DNA from: an uncultured virus (IMG/VR IMGVR_UViG_3300030329_002226)
Taxonomy: Duplodnaviria > Heunggongvirae > Uroviricota > Caudoviricetes
Length of the DNA: 20,000 nt
Virus record (IMG/VR): IMGVR_UViG_3300030329_002226
Span: 47,277 to 67,276 of that record
Strand: one strand, 5' to 3'
The translations under genes and the position numbers were made by a program. Within the stretch, counting starts at the first letter, position 1. Every line of letters starts with the position of its first letter. Below, in pieces: positions 6,919-14,933 of the stretch. The notes under the pieces were generated by a model. That model ran no database searches, was not told the origin of the DNA, and saw only the letters and a program-made list of their open reading frames with translations.

Positions 6919-7056
6919 ATGGATAGAAACGATGATTTTTTAAATCCACATGAGCAACCAGAAGATGAATGTGTAGTATGTGGTAAACCAATGGATTTCT
7001 GGTATTCTAAAAGTGATACATGTAGTGATGATTGCTTTAGAGCTAGTTTAATATAA
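6919..7056 (+). CDS. Small treble-clef-type Zn finger protein (45 aa)
   Basis: Hand-translated ...ECVVCGKPMDFWYSKSDTCSDDCFRASLI; C-x2-C-x13-C-x3-C. Confidence 0.65.
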   Translation: MDRNDDFLNPHEQPEDECVVCGKPMDFWYSKSDTCSDDCFRASLI

Positions 7057-7110
7057 ATCTACTGGAGTTTTTCATAGTTATAACAGTAGATTAGGTCTGT
7101 ACAGACAACA

Positions 7111-7160
7111 GAGCGTGCTACGGTACTAAGGTGCGGGTTCGATTCCCGCCACGCTCTCTA
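7111..7160 (+). ncRNA. Minimal tRNA-like element (acceptor stem + T arm only)
   Basis: GAGCGTG/CACGCTC stem, GCGGG-TTCGATT-CCCGC T-arm, 15-nt connector, ends T-CTA. Confidence 0.6.
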
Positions 7161-7281
7161 ATGGGTAAAAGATAAGAGTATGAAAAACCTCAAATAAGTT
7201 TATCCAACCGCATATGTATGTGGTGTCGAAGATTTGATCACTGGTACGTACGGAAGTGTATTACATATTGCGGTAAAATAT

Positions 7282-7354
7282 TGCGGGATAGAGCAGTGGC
7301 CAGCTCGCGAGCCTCATAAGCTCGAGGTCGTAGGTTCGAATCCTACTCCCGCAA
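7282..7354 (+). tRNA. tRNA-Met(CAT), initiator-like body
   Basis: Full cloverleaf: TGCGGGA/TCCCGCA, D-stem GAGC/GCTC, anticodon arm CGAGC-CTCATAA-GCTCG, T-arm GTAGG-TTCGAAT-CCTAC. CCA is not encoded (CTA follows). Confidence 0.92.
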
Positions 7355-7369
7355 CTAAATAAATAAATT

Positions 7370-7699
7370 ATGAGTGATTCAAAGAAAAAATATGAAGAAA
7401 TGGTAGAAGAGGGAGAAATCCCTAAATCTAGCGACATAAGACCAACACATGAATATAAATCTATGACTGAAGTAATACAAGAGGTTTATAAAGAAAAGTT
7501 TGAACGAACTAAATATATTTGGGTGTTAGACTTTACTGATGGTAAAATATATAGATATAATGTAAGAGCATTATGTAATGAAGATAATGAATGGAATCCT
7601 GATTCAGAAAGTTGTGAAGCATTTTTATTAGGTGCAGGTCATAAGATAAATAGTATTGAATGGATGGTAACTAATAATGAGACATGGGAAACAGATTAG
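7370..7699 (+). CDS. Hypothetical protein (109 aa)
   Basis: ORF track. Confidence 0.7.
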   Translation: MSDSKKKYEEMVEEGEIPKSSDIRPTHEYKSMTEVIQEVYKEKFERTKYIWVLDFTDGKIYRYNVRALCNEDNEWNPDSESCEAFLLGAGHKINSIEWMVTNNETWETD

Positions 7700-7902
7700 A
7701 AAGATTATTTACTGGATTTATTCTTATTGGACTTAGTTTCTTTTGTGGTGTGTTCTTTACATTTTACAAAATAGACCAAAGAACTTGGAATGAAAATATA
7801 TTAAAAGCTAGAGATATGGAAACTAGATACTTAAACTATCCAGAGAAAAGATGTTATAAACAAGATGATTTAAAAAGAATAATATACGGAAAAAATAAAT
7901 AA
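7684..7902 (+). CDS. Small membrane-anchored protein (72 aa)
   Basis: N-terminal hydrophobic stretch LFTGFILIGLSFFCGVFFTF. Confidence 0.65.
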   Translation: MGNRLERLFTGFILIGLSFFCGVFFTFYKIDQRTWNENILKARDMETRYLNYPEKRCYKQDDLKRIIYGKNK

Positions 7903-7979
7903 AATGAAAAATAAAAAAACAAAAAAACGAGAAATGGTTCTTTTATATTCTCAATTAAATAAAATAAATAAAAAATAAA

Positions 7980-8138
7980 ATGAGAAATATATATGATAGA
8001 ATATTTGGTGAGGAATTTATGAACTCACCAGTTCAAGGAACAAAAGAAGAAGCTAAATTTATGGAGCGAAAGTTAAATGAATTTAGAAAGAAACAAGAAA
8101 TGGATATTAATATACTTAAAAAAATTAAAGGATTATGA
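7980..8138 (+). CDS. Small hypothetical protein (52 aa, MRNIYDRIFG...)
   Basis: Hand-translated; ATGA overlap with 8135. Confidence 0.55.
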   Translation: MRNIYDRIFGEEFMNSPVQGTKEEAKFMERKLNEFRKKQEMDINILKKIKGL

Positions 8139-8326
8139 GAAAATTTAATAGATATAAAGAAAATTTACGTAGAGTTGGTAATGCTATATGGTCTTACTCA
8201 ACACACGTAGCAACAATAGATTACCCTGATAAACTAATACAACATGGTTGGTGGAGTGTAACTACACAGAAACATATTAACTATGTAGCAAGAGAATTAG
8301 GTTTAACTATTGAAAAAGATTACTAA
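8135..8326 (+). CDS. Small hypothetical phage protein (63 aa)
   Basis: ORF track; SYSTHVATI...WSVTTQKHINY looks like a conserved phage-protein motif (recognised by eye). Confidence 0.7.
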   Translation: MRKFNRYKENLRRVGNAIWSYSTHVATIDYPDKLIQHGWWSVTTQKHINYVARELGLTIEKDY

Positions 8327-8341
8327 TTTAAAATTAATAAA

Positions 8342-8791
8342 ATGAAAAAAATACTTACCGAAGAATTGATTCTTGAAAAACTACTAGAAGAAAAAGAACT
8401 TAAAGAACCAGGAGATATAGATACTCCTGAGATGCAAGAAATAATATGCGAGTTTTATGGTTCTGAAATTAGACATGATTGGAGTAATTGTAATATGTAT
8501 TTCACTACTGTTAGTACAGCTGATGGGTATGAATTATATCTTGCAGCAGAAGATGAATCATCTCCTTATTATGACCAAGACGTATACTATTATGAATCAG
8601 ATTGGTTTGAAAAACTACCTGATTGTATTGTAAGTGGTTTTATGATTCATGTAGATGAGCATGCTATGGAAGATTATGGATTTGAAGATGCTATAGCTTC
8701 AGTGTATGAAGATTATTGGAGAGATATGTATAATGAAGTAGAAGGTGAATTAATGGAAGAAGGATATGATTGGCCAGAAGATGAAAAATAA
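8342..8791 (+). CDS. Highly acidic protein (149 aa), DNA-mimic candidate
   Basis: Hand count 43 D/E versus 9 K/R; Tyr-rich. Confidence 0.7.
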   Translation: MKKILTEELILEKLLEEKELKEPGDIDTPEMQEIICEFYGSEIRHDWSNCNMYFTTVSTADGYELYLAAEDESSPYYDQDVYYYESDWFEKLPDCIVSGFMIHVDEHAMEDYGFEDAIASVYEDYWRDMYNEVEGELMEEGYDWPEDEK

Positions 8792-8888
8792 ATTAAGAGA
8801 ACTTAAGAAATATATTCCTTTATTTTTAGTTATTTCACTTATTATATTATATACTATAATAGTAAATATACTTGTACCTTTAAATTAA
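8781..8888 (+). CDS. Small membrane peptide (35 aa)
   Basis: Hand-translated MKNKLRELKKYIPLFLVISLIILYTIIVNILVPLN. Confidence 0.45.
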   Translation: MKNKLRELKKYIPLFLVISLIILYTIIVNILVPLN

Positions 8889-8982
8889 AAACCTATGAGA
8901 AGAAATATATATAAACATTTAATATCTACTAACTATATGGGTATAACCGATAGAATAAAACAATTTAAAAAGAGAAAACACA

Positions 8983-9261
8983 ATGACAGAAAAAGAAATG
9001 CATAAATTAGCTGATATAATAATAGATAAATTAGTTGAAAAACAAATGGCGCATGATGATGAGTTTAGACAAGATCTAGCTGAGATGATGAAAGAAAATC
9101 CCGGATTAGAAATAGGAGAAATAACTCAACAAGAATTAATAGAACAAGAATTAAATTTCTTACAAGACTTATTAAAAGAACAAGAAGAAAAAGAGAATTA
9201 TCGTGACGCCTCAATAACCTTAATTAAAATAGAAAAATTTAAAAAGAAATATAATCTATAA
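8983..9261 (+). CDS. Helical hypothetical protein (92 aa)
   Basis: C-terminal ...EEKENYRDASITL..I resembles a UVR-like coiled-coil motif (ExYExAAxxRD). Confidence 0.65.
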   Translation: MTEKEMHKLADIIIDKLVEKQMAHDDEFRQDLAEMMKENPGLEIGEITQQELIEQELNFLQDLLKEQEEKENYRDASITLIKIEKFKKKYNL

Positions 9262-9304
9262 TCTTGCAAGCAATGTGTATAGCATAATCACTATTATGCA
9301 TATA

Positions 9305-9347
9305 TGACAATAGGGATTATAATTATAAAAATAACAGGCTAATGTCA
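9305..9347. promoter_or_regulatory. Inverted-repeat operator/iteron-like site overlapping the HTH gene start
   Basis: TGACAATAGGG-N21-GGCTAATGTCA; same geometry as 4505-4547. Confidence 0.5.
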
Positions 9348-9962
9348 CACGAAAGAAACATGAAATGGTTAAATGATAGACAAATTATTTATAGAAGAGA
9401 TCCTATTAATGATAAACCTACTATTGAGACAGATACATATAGATATTATGAGCAAGGCACACATGAATGTTATACACTATTTAACACCAGTGCTAAAATA
9501 CCTACTTATAAATCATTAAAATGGCATTTTCTTGTATTATACTATTTAAATAGTGACATTTTGTCACCTGAAGAAGAGATAATAACTTTATTTAAATTTA
9601 TAGCTAAAAAAGAGAATGGATTTGTTACATTTTTTATTAGTAAACAAAAACTAGAAGAAATAATACAAAACGTACTGACAATAGGTGGTGAACCACCAAT
9701 AAATAGAAAAAGAAAAATAATATTTAAAGACTTTACAGGATTATCTACTAAAGAAAAACTATCAATTGTAGGAAAATTAATAGGTAGATCAAGCATAGAT
9801 AAAGAAATGATATATGAAACTATGTTAGATTTAAATGACTGGGGTAAGAAAATTACTATTAGTCGTATTGCTGGTTTACTTAATTGTTCCGTGAGAACAA
9901 TACATAGAAATATGGGAGATGAATTAAAACGAGAAAAAGTAAGATTAAATGAAGAAATATAA
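9342..9962 (+). CDS. DNA-binding protein with C-terminal HTH (206 aa)
   Basis: C-terminal KITISRIAGLLNCSVRTIHRNM is an HTH-like pattern. Confidence 0.75.
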   Translation: MSHERNMKWLNDRQIIYRRDPINDKPTIETDTYRYYEQGTHECYTLFNTSAKIPTYKSLKWHFLVLYYLNSDILSPEEEIITLFKFIAKKENGFVTFFISKQKLEEIIQNVLTIGGEPPINRKRKIIFKDFTGLSTKEKLSIVGKLIGRSSIDKEMIYETMLDLNDWGKKITISRIAGLLNCSVRTIHRNMGDELKREKVRLNEEI

Positions 9963-10710
9963 CGTAAACAATTACATTAGATATAAAGAAGATTTAAAAG
10001 AATCTTTAAAAAATATACCCGATTATGGAGACGACTATCATAAATATACTAGAAAGCAACTTATAATTAGATTTTTACCATTAGTAGAAACAATGTCAAG
10101 AAAGTTCTCAACAGATAGTAGAGCTTCTGGTGTGTTAACTATAATGGATTTAATACAAGCAGGTTCAGAAGGACTTACTAGAGCAGTAGATAAATTAGAT
10201 TGGGAAACTCTTAGTCAATCACAAGATAAAGAAAAAACTTTAAAAGCTTTTTTTAGTAAAAGAATAAAAGGAAATATAAGAAGAAGAATAGATATGATGA
10301 GAGGTAATATGAGAATACCTGAACATAAACTAAATGAAATACGTAGTAATCCTAAAGATAAAAAAATGGTATCAATGTTTTTTAATAGTATATTTTTATC
10401 TATAGATGCTAAACCAGAAACAGATGAGAACATGTTATATCAAATACCAGATAAATCTGAACCTTATAATATTCCTTTATTAAATATTTATTTAAAAAGT
10501 TTAATGCAGAAATATTTAGAAAAAAATGAATATGAAGTATTACGATTAAGTTATGGTTTAGACTGTGATAAACACTCTGCTAAAGATATAGCTAACAAGT
10601 TAAATATATTAGGACCAAGTGCTTATGTTAGAATTTCAGAACTAAAAAAGCAAGCGGTTCAAAAACTTATAGATAATGTAGATCACTCGCAAGTGATTGA
10701 TTATCTGTAA
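9949..10710 (+). CDS. Phage RNA polymerase sigma70-family factor (253 aa)
   Basis: Region-2-like LPLVETMSRKF...DLIQAGSEGLTRAVDK; region-4-like EYEVLRLSYGL...SAKDIANKL...VRISELKKQAVQKL. Confidence 0.85.
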   Translation: MKKYNVNNYIRYKEDLKESLKNIPDYGDDYHKYTRKQLIIRFLPLVETMSRKFSTDSRASGVLTIMDLIQAGSEGLTRAVDKLDWETLSQSQDKEKTLKAFFSKRIKGNIRRRIDMMRGNMRIPEHKLNEIRSNPKDKKMVSMFFNSIFLSIDAKPETDENMLYQIPDKSEPYNIPLLNIYLKSLMQKYLEKNEYEVLRLSYGLDCDKHSAKDIANKLNILGPSAYVRISELKKQAVQKLIDNVDHSQVIDYL

Positions 10711-10717
10711 GTTAAGA

Positions 10718-10763
10718 ATGTAAATTTAAAAATAAACATGTAATTATATTAATAACGCTTAAA
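10718..10763 (+). promoter_or_regulatory. Class-B putative phage promoter (replication operon)
   Basis: ATGTAAATTTaaaaATAAACaTGTAAttATAT...CTTAAA matches 2711-2757(-). Confidence 0.6.
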
Positions 10764-10773
10764 ACAAACACGA

Positions 10774-11283
10774 ATGACAATCAACGAAAAATTAGCGACA
10801 ATTCAAACAAAGTTTAAATCGAAGAAAAGTAGATTTAACTCTTTCGGCAAATATTACTTTCGCTCTGCCGAAGATATTCTCGAAGCAATAAAACCCTTTA
10901 TTAAGGAGCTTGGTGTAACAGTAGTTATAAATGAAGAATTAGTAGATTCTGCAGTTATTAAAACTACAGCCACTGTAACTGATGGAAAAGAAACAATTAA
11001 TGCTACAGCAGTAGTTGGAGTAGATCTAGATCAGAAAGGTATGCAAATGCCTCAACGATATGGTTCAGCATCTAGTTATGGTAAGAAATATGCACTAGGT
11101 AATTTATTTCTTATTGATGATACTCAAGACAGTGACGCAACTAATAATCATGGTAAAGTTAAAAATAAATTAACTGATATCATTGCAGCTAAGAATTATA
11201 TAGTAAATGGTGGTAAACTAGATACTATAAAAAATAAATATGATTTAACAGTTGCTCAAGAAAAAGAATTAAGTACTTTATAA
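10774..11283 (+). CDS. ERF-family single-strand annealing protein
   Basis: KSRFNSFGKYYFRSAEDI and GSASSYGKKYALGNLFLIDD are ERF-family motifs. Confidence 0.85.
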   Translation: MTINEKLATIQTKFKSKKSRFNSFGKYYFRSAEDILEAIKPFIKELGVTVVINEELVDSAVIKTTATVTDGKETINATAVVGVDLDQKGMQMPQRYGSASSYGKKYALGNLFLIDDTQDSDATNNHGKVKNKLTDIIAAKNYIVNGGKLDTIKNKYDLTVAQEKELSTL

Positions 11284-12014
11284 TGAAAAAAGAAGATGTA
11301 ATTAATAAGTTAAGAGATGATGAGCACTACTATGGAGACTTTGGTAAAAAGTATCTTAGTAATTCAGATATCAAAACTTTACTTACAAATCCTTTAGCTT
11401 TAGGGAAGGCGTCTGCAAAGACTGCTGCATTTCTAGTAGGTGGATATTTTCATACCGCTATACTTGAACCAGATAAACTCAAGAAATACCGAGTAATACC
11501 TTCATCTACTAGAAATACTAAAGTTTATAGAGAAATGTCAGAAGGAGAATTATGTTTACTTCAACATGAAGTAGATATGTTAGAAGTTATGATAGATAAA
11601 GTATTAAGTAATAATGTATGTAAAGGATTAATAAGAGGAGATAATGTAGAGTATGAAGTTCCTGGAATTACAAAGATATGTGGTAAAGAATGGAAAGGAA
11701 AAGCTGATATTATAAATCATGATGAAAAACTTATTGTCGACTTAAAAACAACTAATGATATAAATAAATTTAGAAAATCCTCTTGGTTATATAATTATGA
11801 TAGTCAATCATATATATATCAGAAATTATTTGGATATGAATTTATTTTTATAGTAATAGATAAAAACACGCATCAAATAGGTATATTTGACTGCTCACCT
11901 GAATTTATAGAGCGTGGATTTGAAAAAGTAGAAAGAGCAGTAGAACAATATAAACTGTTTTATGAAACAAAAGATTTCAAACCTGAACAGTATTTTATTA
12001 ACCAAACATTATAA
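11283..12014 (+). CDS. PD-(D/E)XK exonuclease (RecE/exonuclease VIII-like)
   Basis: LSNSDIK, GGYFHTAILEP, KGKADII...IVDLKTT, YDSQSYIY; adjacent to ERF. Confidence 0.85.
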   Translation: MKKEDVINKLRDDEHYYGDFGKKYLSNSDIKTLLTNPLALGKASAKTAAFLVGGYFHTAILEPDKLKKYRVIPSSTRNTKVYREMSEGELCLLQHEVDMLEVMIDKVLSNNVCKGLIRGDNVEYEVPGITKICGKEWKGKADIINHDEKLIVDLKTTNDINKFRKSSWLYNYDSQSYIYQKLFGYEFIFIVIDKNTHQIGIFDCSPEFIERGFEKVERAVEQYKLFYETKDFKPEQYFINQTL

Positions 12015-12016
12015 CA

Positions 12017-12334
12017 ATGGCATCAATTATTAGAGCTAGTATTAATCTCAACAATATTGATAAAACAAAAATTGTTGAAGGAAAAAAAGGTAAGTATTTA
12101 CCTATTGTAATTACAGTAAATGATGAAGTGGATCAATTTGGAAATCAAGGTCCAATTACTGTAGCACAAAGCAAAGAAGAAAGAGAAGCTAAAGAGGCTA
12201 GAACTTATTTAGGTAATGTTCAAGTCGTATGGACTAATGGTCATAACGTGGAGGTAACTCCTAGACAAGATCAGCAATCTAAACCAAAAGCAACTCCAGT
12301 TACTAAACAAGTAGAAGACGATTTACCATTTTAA
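12017..12334 (+). CDS. Putative single-stranded DNA-binding protein
   Basis: Acidic C-terminal tail EDDLPF; located in the replication module. Confidence 0.75.
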   Translation: MASIIRASINLNNIDKTKIVEGKKGKYLPIVITVNDEVDQFGNQGPITVAQSKEEREAKEARTYLGNVQVVWTNGHNVEVTPRQDQQSKPKATPVTKQVEDDLPF

Positions 12335-12337
12335 TAT

Positions 12338-14050
12338 ATGATAGAACAAAACGAGATTAATGGATTTTTGATTGATAAGTTCAATCAACATAACTTAGAA
12401 GTTGGGAAGAAACAAGGGATTTGTCCTTTGTGCTCACATACTAGGAAACCTCAGAATAAGAAAGCTAAATGTTGTTCTTATGATTGGGAACGGGGTCTCG
12501 GAACTTGTCATAACTGTAATTCTACATTTCAACTCCATACATATCAACGTAAAGGAGCTAGTGATAAAGAATATACTAGACCAGTAATAACTAAATACTT
12601 GCCAGTTAAGGATAAAGTTACTACATGGTTTGAAAAAAGAGGGATATCTCAAAGGACTTTGGACGACCTTAAAGTTGGTCAAGGTCCTGAGTATATGCCA
12701 CAGACTGGCAAAGAAGAGAATACCATTCAATTTAACTATATAATAGGTGATCAACTTATTAATGTTAAATATAGAGATGGTAGAAAGAACTTTAAATTAT
12801 ATAAAGGAGCAGAAAAAGTATTTTATAATATTAATAGTATTGTAGGGTATGACAATTGCGTTATAACTGAAGGTGAAATGGATGTATTAGCATTACATGA
12901 AGCTGGTGTTACTAATGTTATTTCAGTTCCTAATGGCGCAACATTACATCATAACAATTTAGATTATCTTGATAATTGTATAGACTATTTTGAAGATAAA
13001 CAAAAAATAATATTAGCATTAGATACCGACGAACCTGGATTAGCATTACGAAGAGAATTAGTTAGAAGACTAGGAGCTGAAGTATGTTACTTAATTGATT
13101 TTGAAGAATGTAAAGACGCTAATGAATACTTAATAAAACATGGCAAAGAAAAACTTAAAGAAACAATCCAAAAAGCAAGAGCATATCCACTCGAAAATGT
13201 CACAACGTTCAAAGATATTGAAGGAGACGTTAAAGACTTTGTCACAAACGGATTCAAACCAGGATTCCAAATCGGTTTACCAAACTTTGATAGAATATTT
13301 TCAACGTATACCGGGCAGTTCATTACTGTTACTGGCATACCTTCTAGCGGTAAGTCTGATTTTGTTGACCAAATGGTTGTAGGATATAATAAACTATATG
13401 GTTGGAGAACAGGATTTGCATCACCAGAAAATGCTCCTAATTATTTACATGCTCATAAGTTAATGAGAAAAGTTTGGGGTGATATGCCTCAACGAGATGA
13501 TATTGGAGGTTCTAAATGGGATGAGGTAGCAAATCATGTTAATGATAATTTCTTTTTTATTGATATGGAGAAATACACATTAGAATCTGTATTAAGAAAA
13601 GGAGCTGAACTTGTTAAACGTAAAGGTATTAAATGTTTGGTTATTGACCCTTTTAATAAAGTTAGAGATAAGAATGCTTCATCAATAGATGTTAATATAT
13701 ATACTATGGAATATCTAACTAAAATAGAAACATTTGCAAAGAAATATGATGTGTTAGTATTTATTGTAGCGCATCCAACTAAAATGTATAAAGATAAAGA
13801 TGGGAAAATCGAAGAACCTAATATGTATAACATTAAAGGTGGAGGAGAGTGGTATGACGCGAGTTATCACGGCATTCTTGTACACCGCGATTATATACTC
13901 AAGAACACGAAGGTCAAAGTACTCAAGGTCAAATTCCAAAATTTAGGAGAAAATGGAGGAGAATGCTTTTTTACTTGGGAACCTAAATCAGGTAGTTTTA
14001 TTCCTCAAGTTACTGATGAATTAGAATTAGAAAAAATGCCATGGGAATAA
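12338..14050 (+). CDS. Primase-helicase (T7 gp4/Twinkle-like)
   Basis: Zn-binding CPLC...CHNC, TOPRIM TEGEMD and DTDEPG, Walker A TGIPSSGKS, LVIDP, VAHP. Confidence 0.92.
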   Translation: MIEQNEINGFLIDKFNQHNLEVGKKQGICPLCSHTRKPQNKKAKCCSYDWERGLGTCHNCNSTFQLHTYQRKGASDKEYTRPVITKYLPVKDKVTTWFEKRGISQRTLDDLKVGQGPEYMPQTGKEENTIQFNYIIGDQLINVKYRDGRKNFKLYKGAEKVFYNINSIVGYDNCVITEGEMDVLALHEAGVTNVISVPNGATLHHNNLDYLDNCIDYFEDKQKIILALDTDEPGLALRRELVRRLGAEVCYLIDFEECKDANEYLIKHGKEKLKETIQKARAYPLENVTTFKDIEGDVKDFVTNGFKPGFQIGLPNFDRIFSTYTGQFITVTGIPSSGKSDFVDQMVVGYNKLYGWRTGFASPENAPNYLHAHKLMRKVWGDMPQRDDIGGSKWDEVANHVNDNFFFIDMEKYTLESVLRKGAELVKRKGIKCLVIDPFNKVRDKNASSIDVNIYTMEYLTKIETFAKKYDVLVFIVAHPTKMYKDKDGKIEEPNMYNIKGGGEWYDASYHGILVHRDYILKNTKVKVLKVKFQNLGENGGECFFTWEPKSGSFIPQVTDELELEKMPWE

Positions 14051-14305
14051 ATGAGTCCTATAAAAAGAAAAGACAAAATGGGACAATATATGCCTACAGT
14101 AGAAGAATACAAGGCATACGCTTGGTGTATAAATAATTATATTTATATATCTCCATTTGCTACAGGAGAAGGAGCATGGTATATAGATATAAATTTAAAT
14201 GGTAAAATACATAGATCTCCTGAAAGTTATGGTAAAGTAACTATATGGATAAAGATATATGAGTATTATAAATATTATTATAATAAATATGAAGACAAAG
14301 TTTAG
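14051..14305 (+). CDS. Hypothetical protein (84 aa)
   Basis: ORF track; abuts the helicase stop. Confidence 0.7.
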   Translation: MSPIKRKDKMGQYMPTVEEYKAYAWCINNYIYISPFATGEGAWYIDINLNGKIHRSPESYGKVTIWIKIYEYYKYYYNKYEDKV

Positions 14306-14933
14306 AAATGCTGAAGAAGCTTATAATTATTTCTTTGATAAAATATTATTAGAAGGAATAAACTATGGGGATACAAAAGCTTTATTTAATATAGGATTTA
14401 CTTTACAAAAACCTATGGAAAATTATATTGTAAATGAAGAACGTAATTGGAAATTAAATTATGCTCAAGCAGAATGGGAATGGTATTTATCTGGAGATTC
14501 CAACATTGCTAAATTAAAAGAAATATATGGTAAAATACCAGCAATATGGGAGCGTATGGCAGATAGTTATGGATATGTTAATTCTAATTATGGTTGGCAA
14601 TGGCAACGTAATGACCAGATAGATTATGTAGTTGCAAAGTTAAAAAATTGTAAAGATACTAGACACGCGGCTATTAGTATTTATGACTGCAAAGAACATA
14701 AAATATATACCAAAGATACTCCTTGTACTTATGCAGTTCAGTTTTATATATTAAACAACGTGTTAAATATGTGTGTTGTAATGCGTTCTAATGATCTCTG
14801 GTATGGCTTCTGTAACGATCAATATCAATTCAGTATGTTACAAAAAATGATTGCAGAGAGACTGTCTATTGAAATAGGAACTTATTACCATTTTGCACAT
14901 AATTTACACTTATATAATAATAAAATAAACTAA
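14289..14933 (+). CDS. Thymidylate-synthase-fold enzyme, probably dCMP hydroxymethylase/methylase
   Basis: Catalytic PC, MRSNDLWYGFCND, HFAHNLHLY, NSNYGW. Start reassigned to ATG 14289 (MKTKFRNA). Confidence 0.8.
   Translation: MKTKFRNAEEAYNYFFDKILLEGINYGDTKALFNIGFTLQKPMENYIVNEERNWKLNYAQAEWEWYLSGDSNIAKLKEIYGKIPAIWERMADSYGYVNSNYGWQWQRNDQIDYVVAKLKNCKDTRHAAISIYDCKEHKIYTKDTPCTYAVQFYILNNVLNMCVVMRSNDLWYGFCNDQYQFSMLQKMIAERLSIEIGTYYHFAHNLHLYNNKIN

Noticed and set aside
14259..14933. Calling this gene canonical thyA with start at 14259
   Set aside because: The specificity residue is Asp rather than Asn. The MSIINIIIIN extension overlaps the upstream gene and looks spurious.
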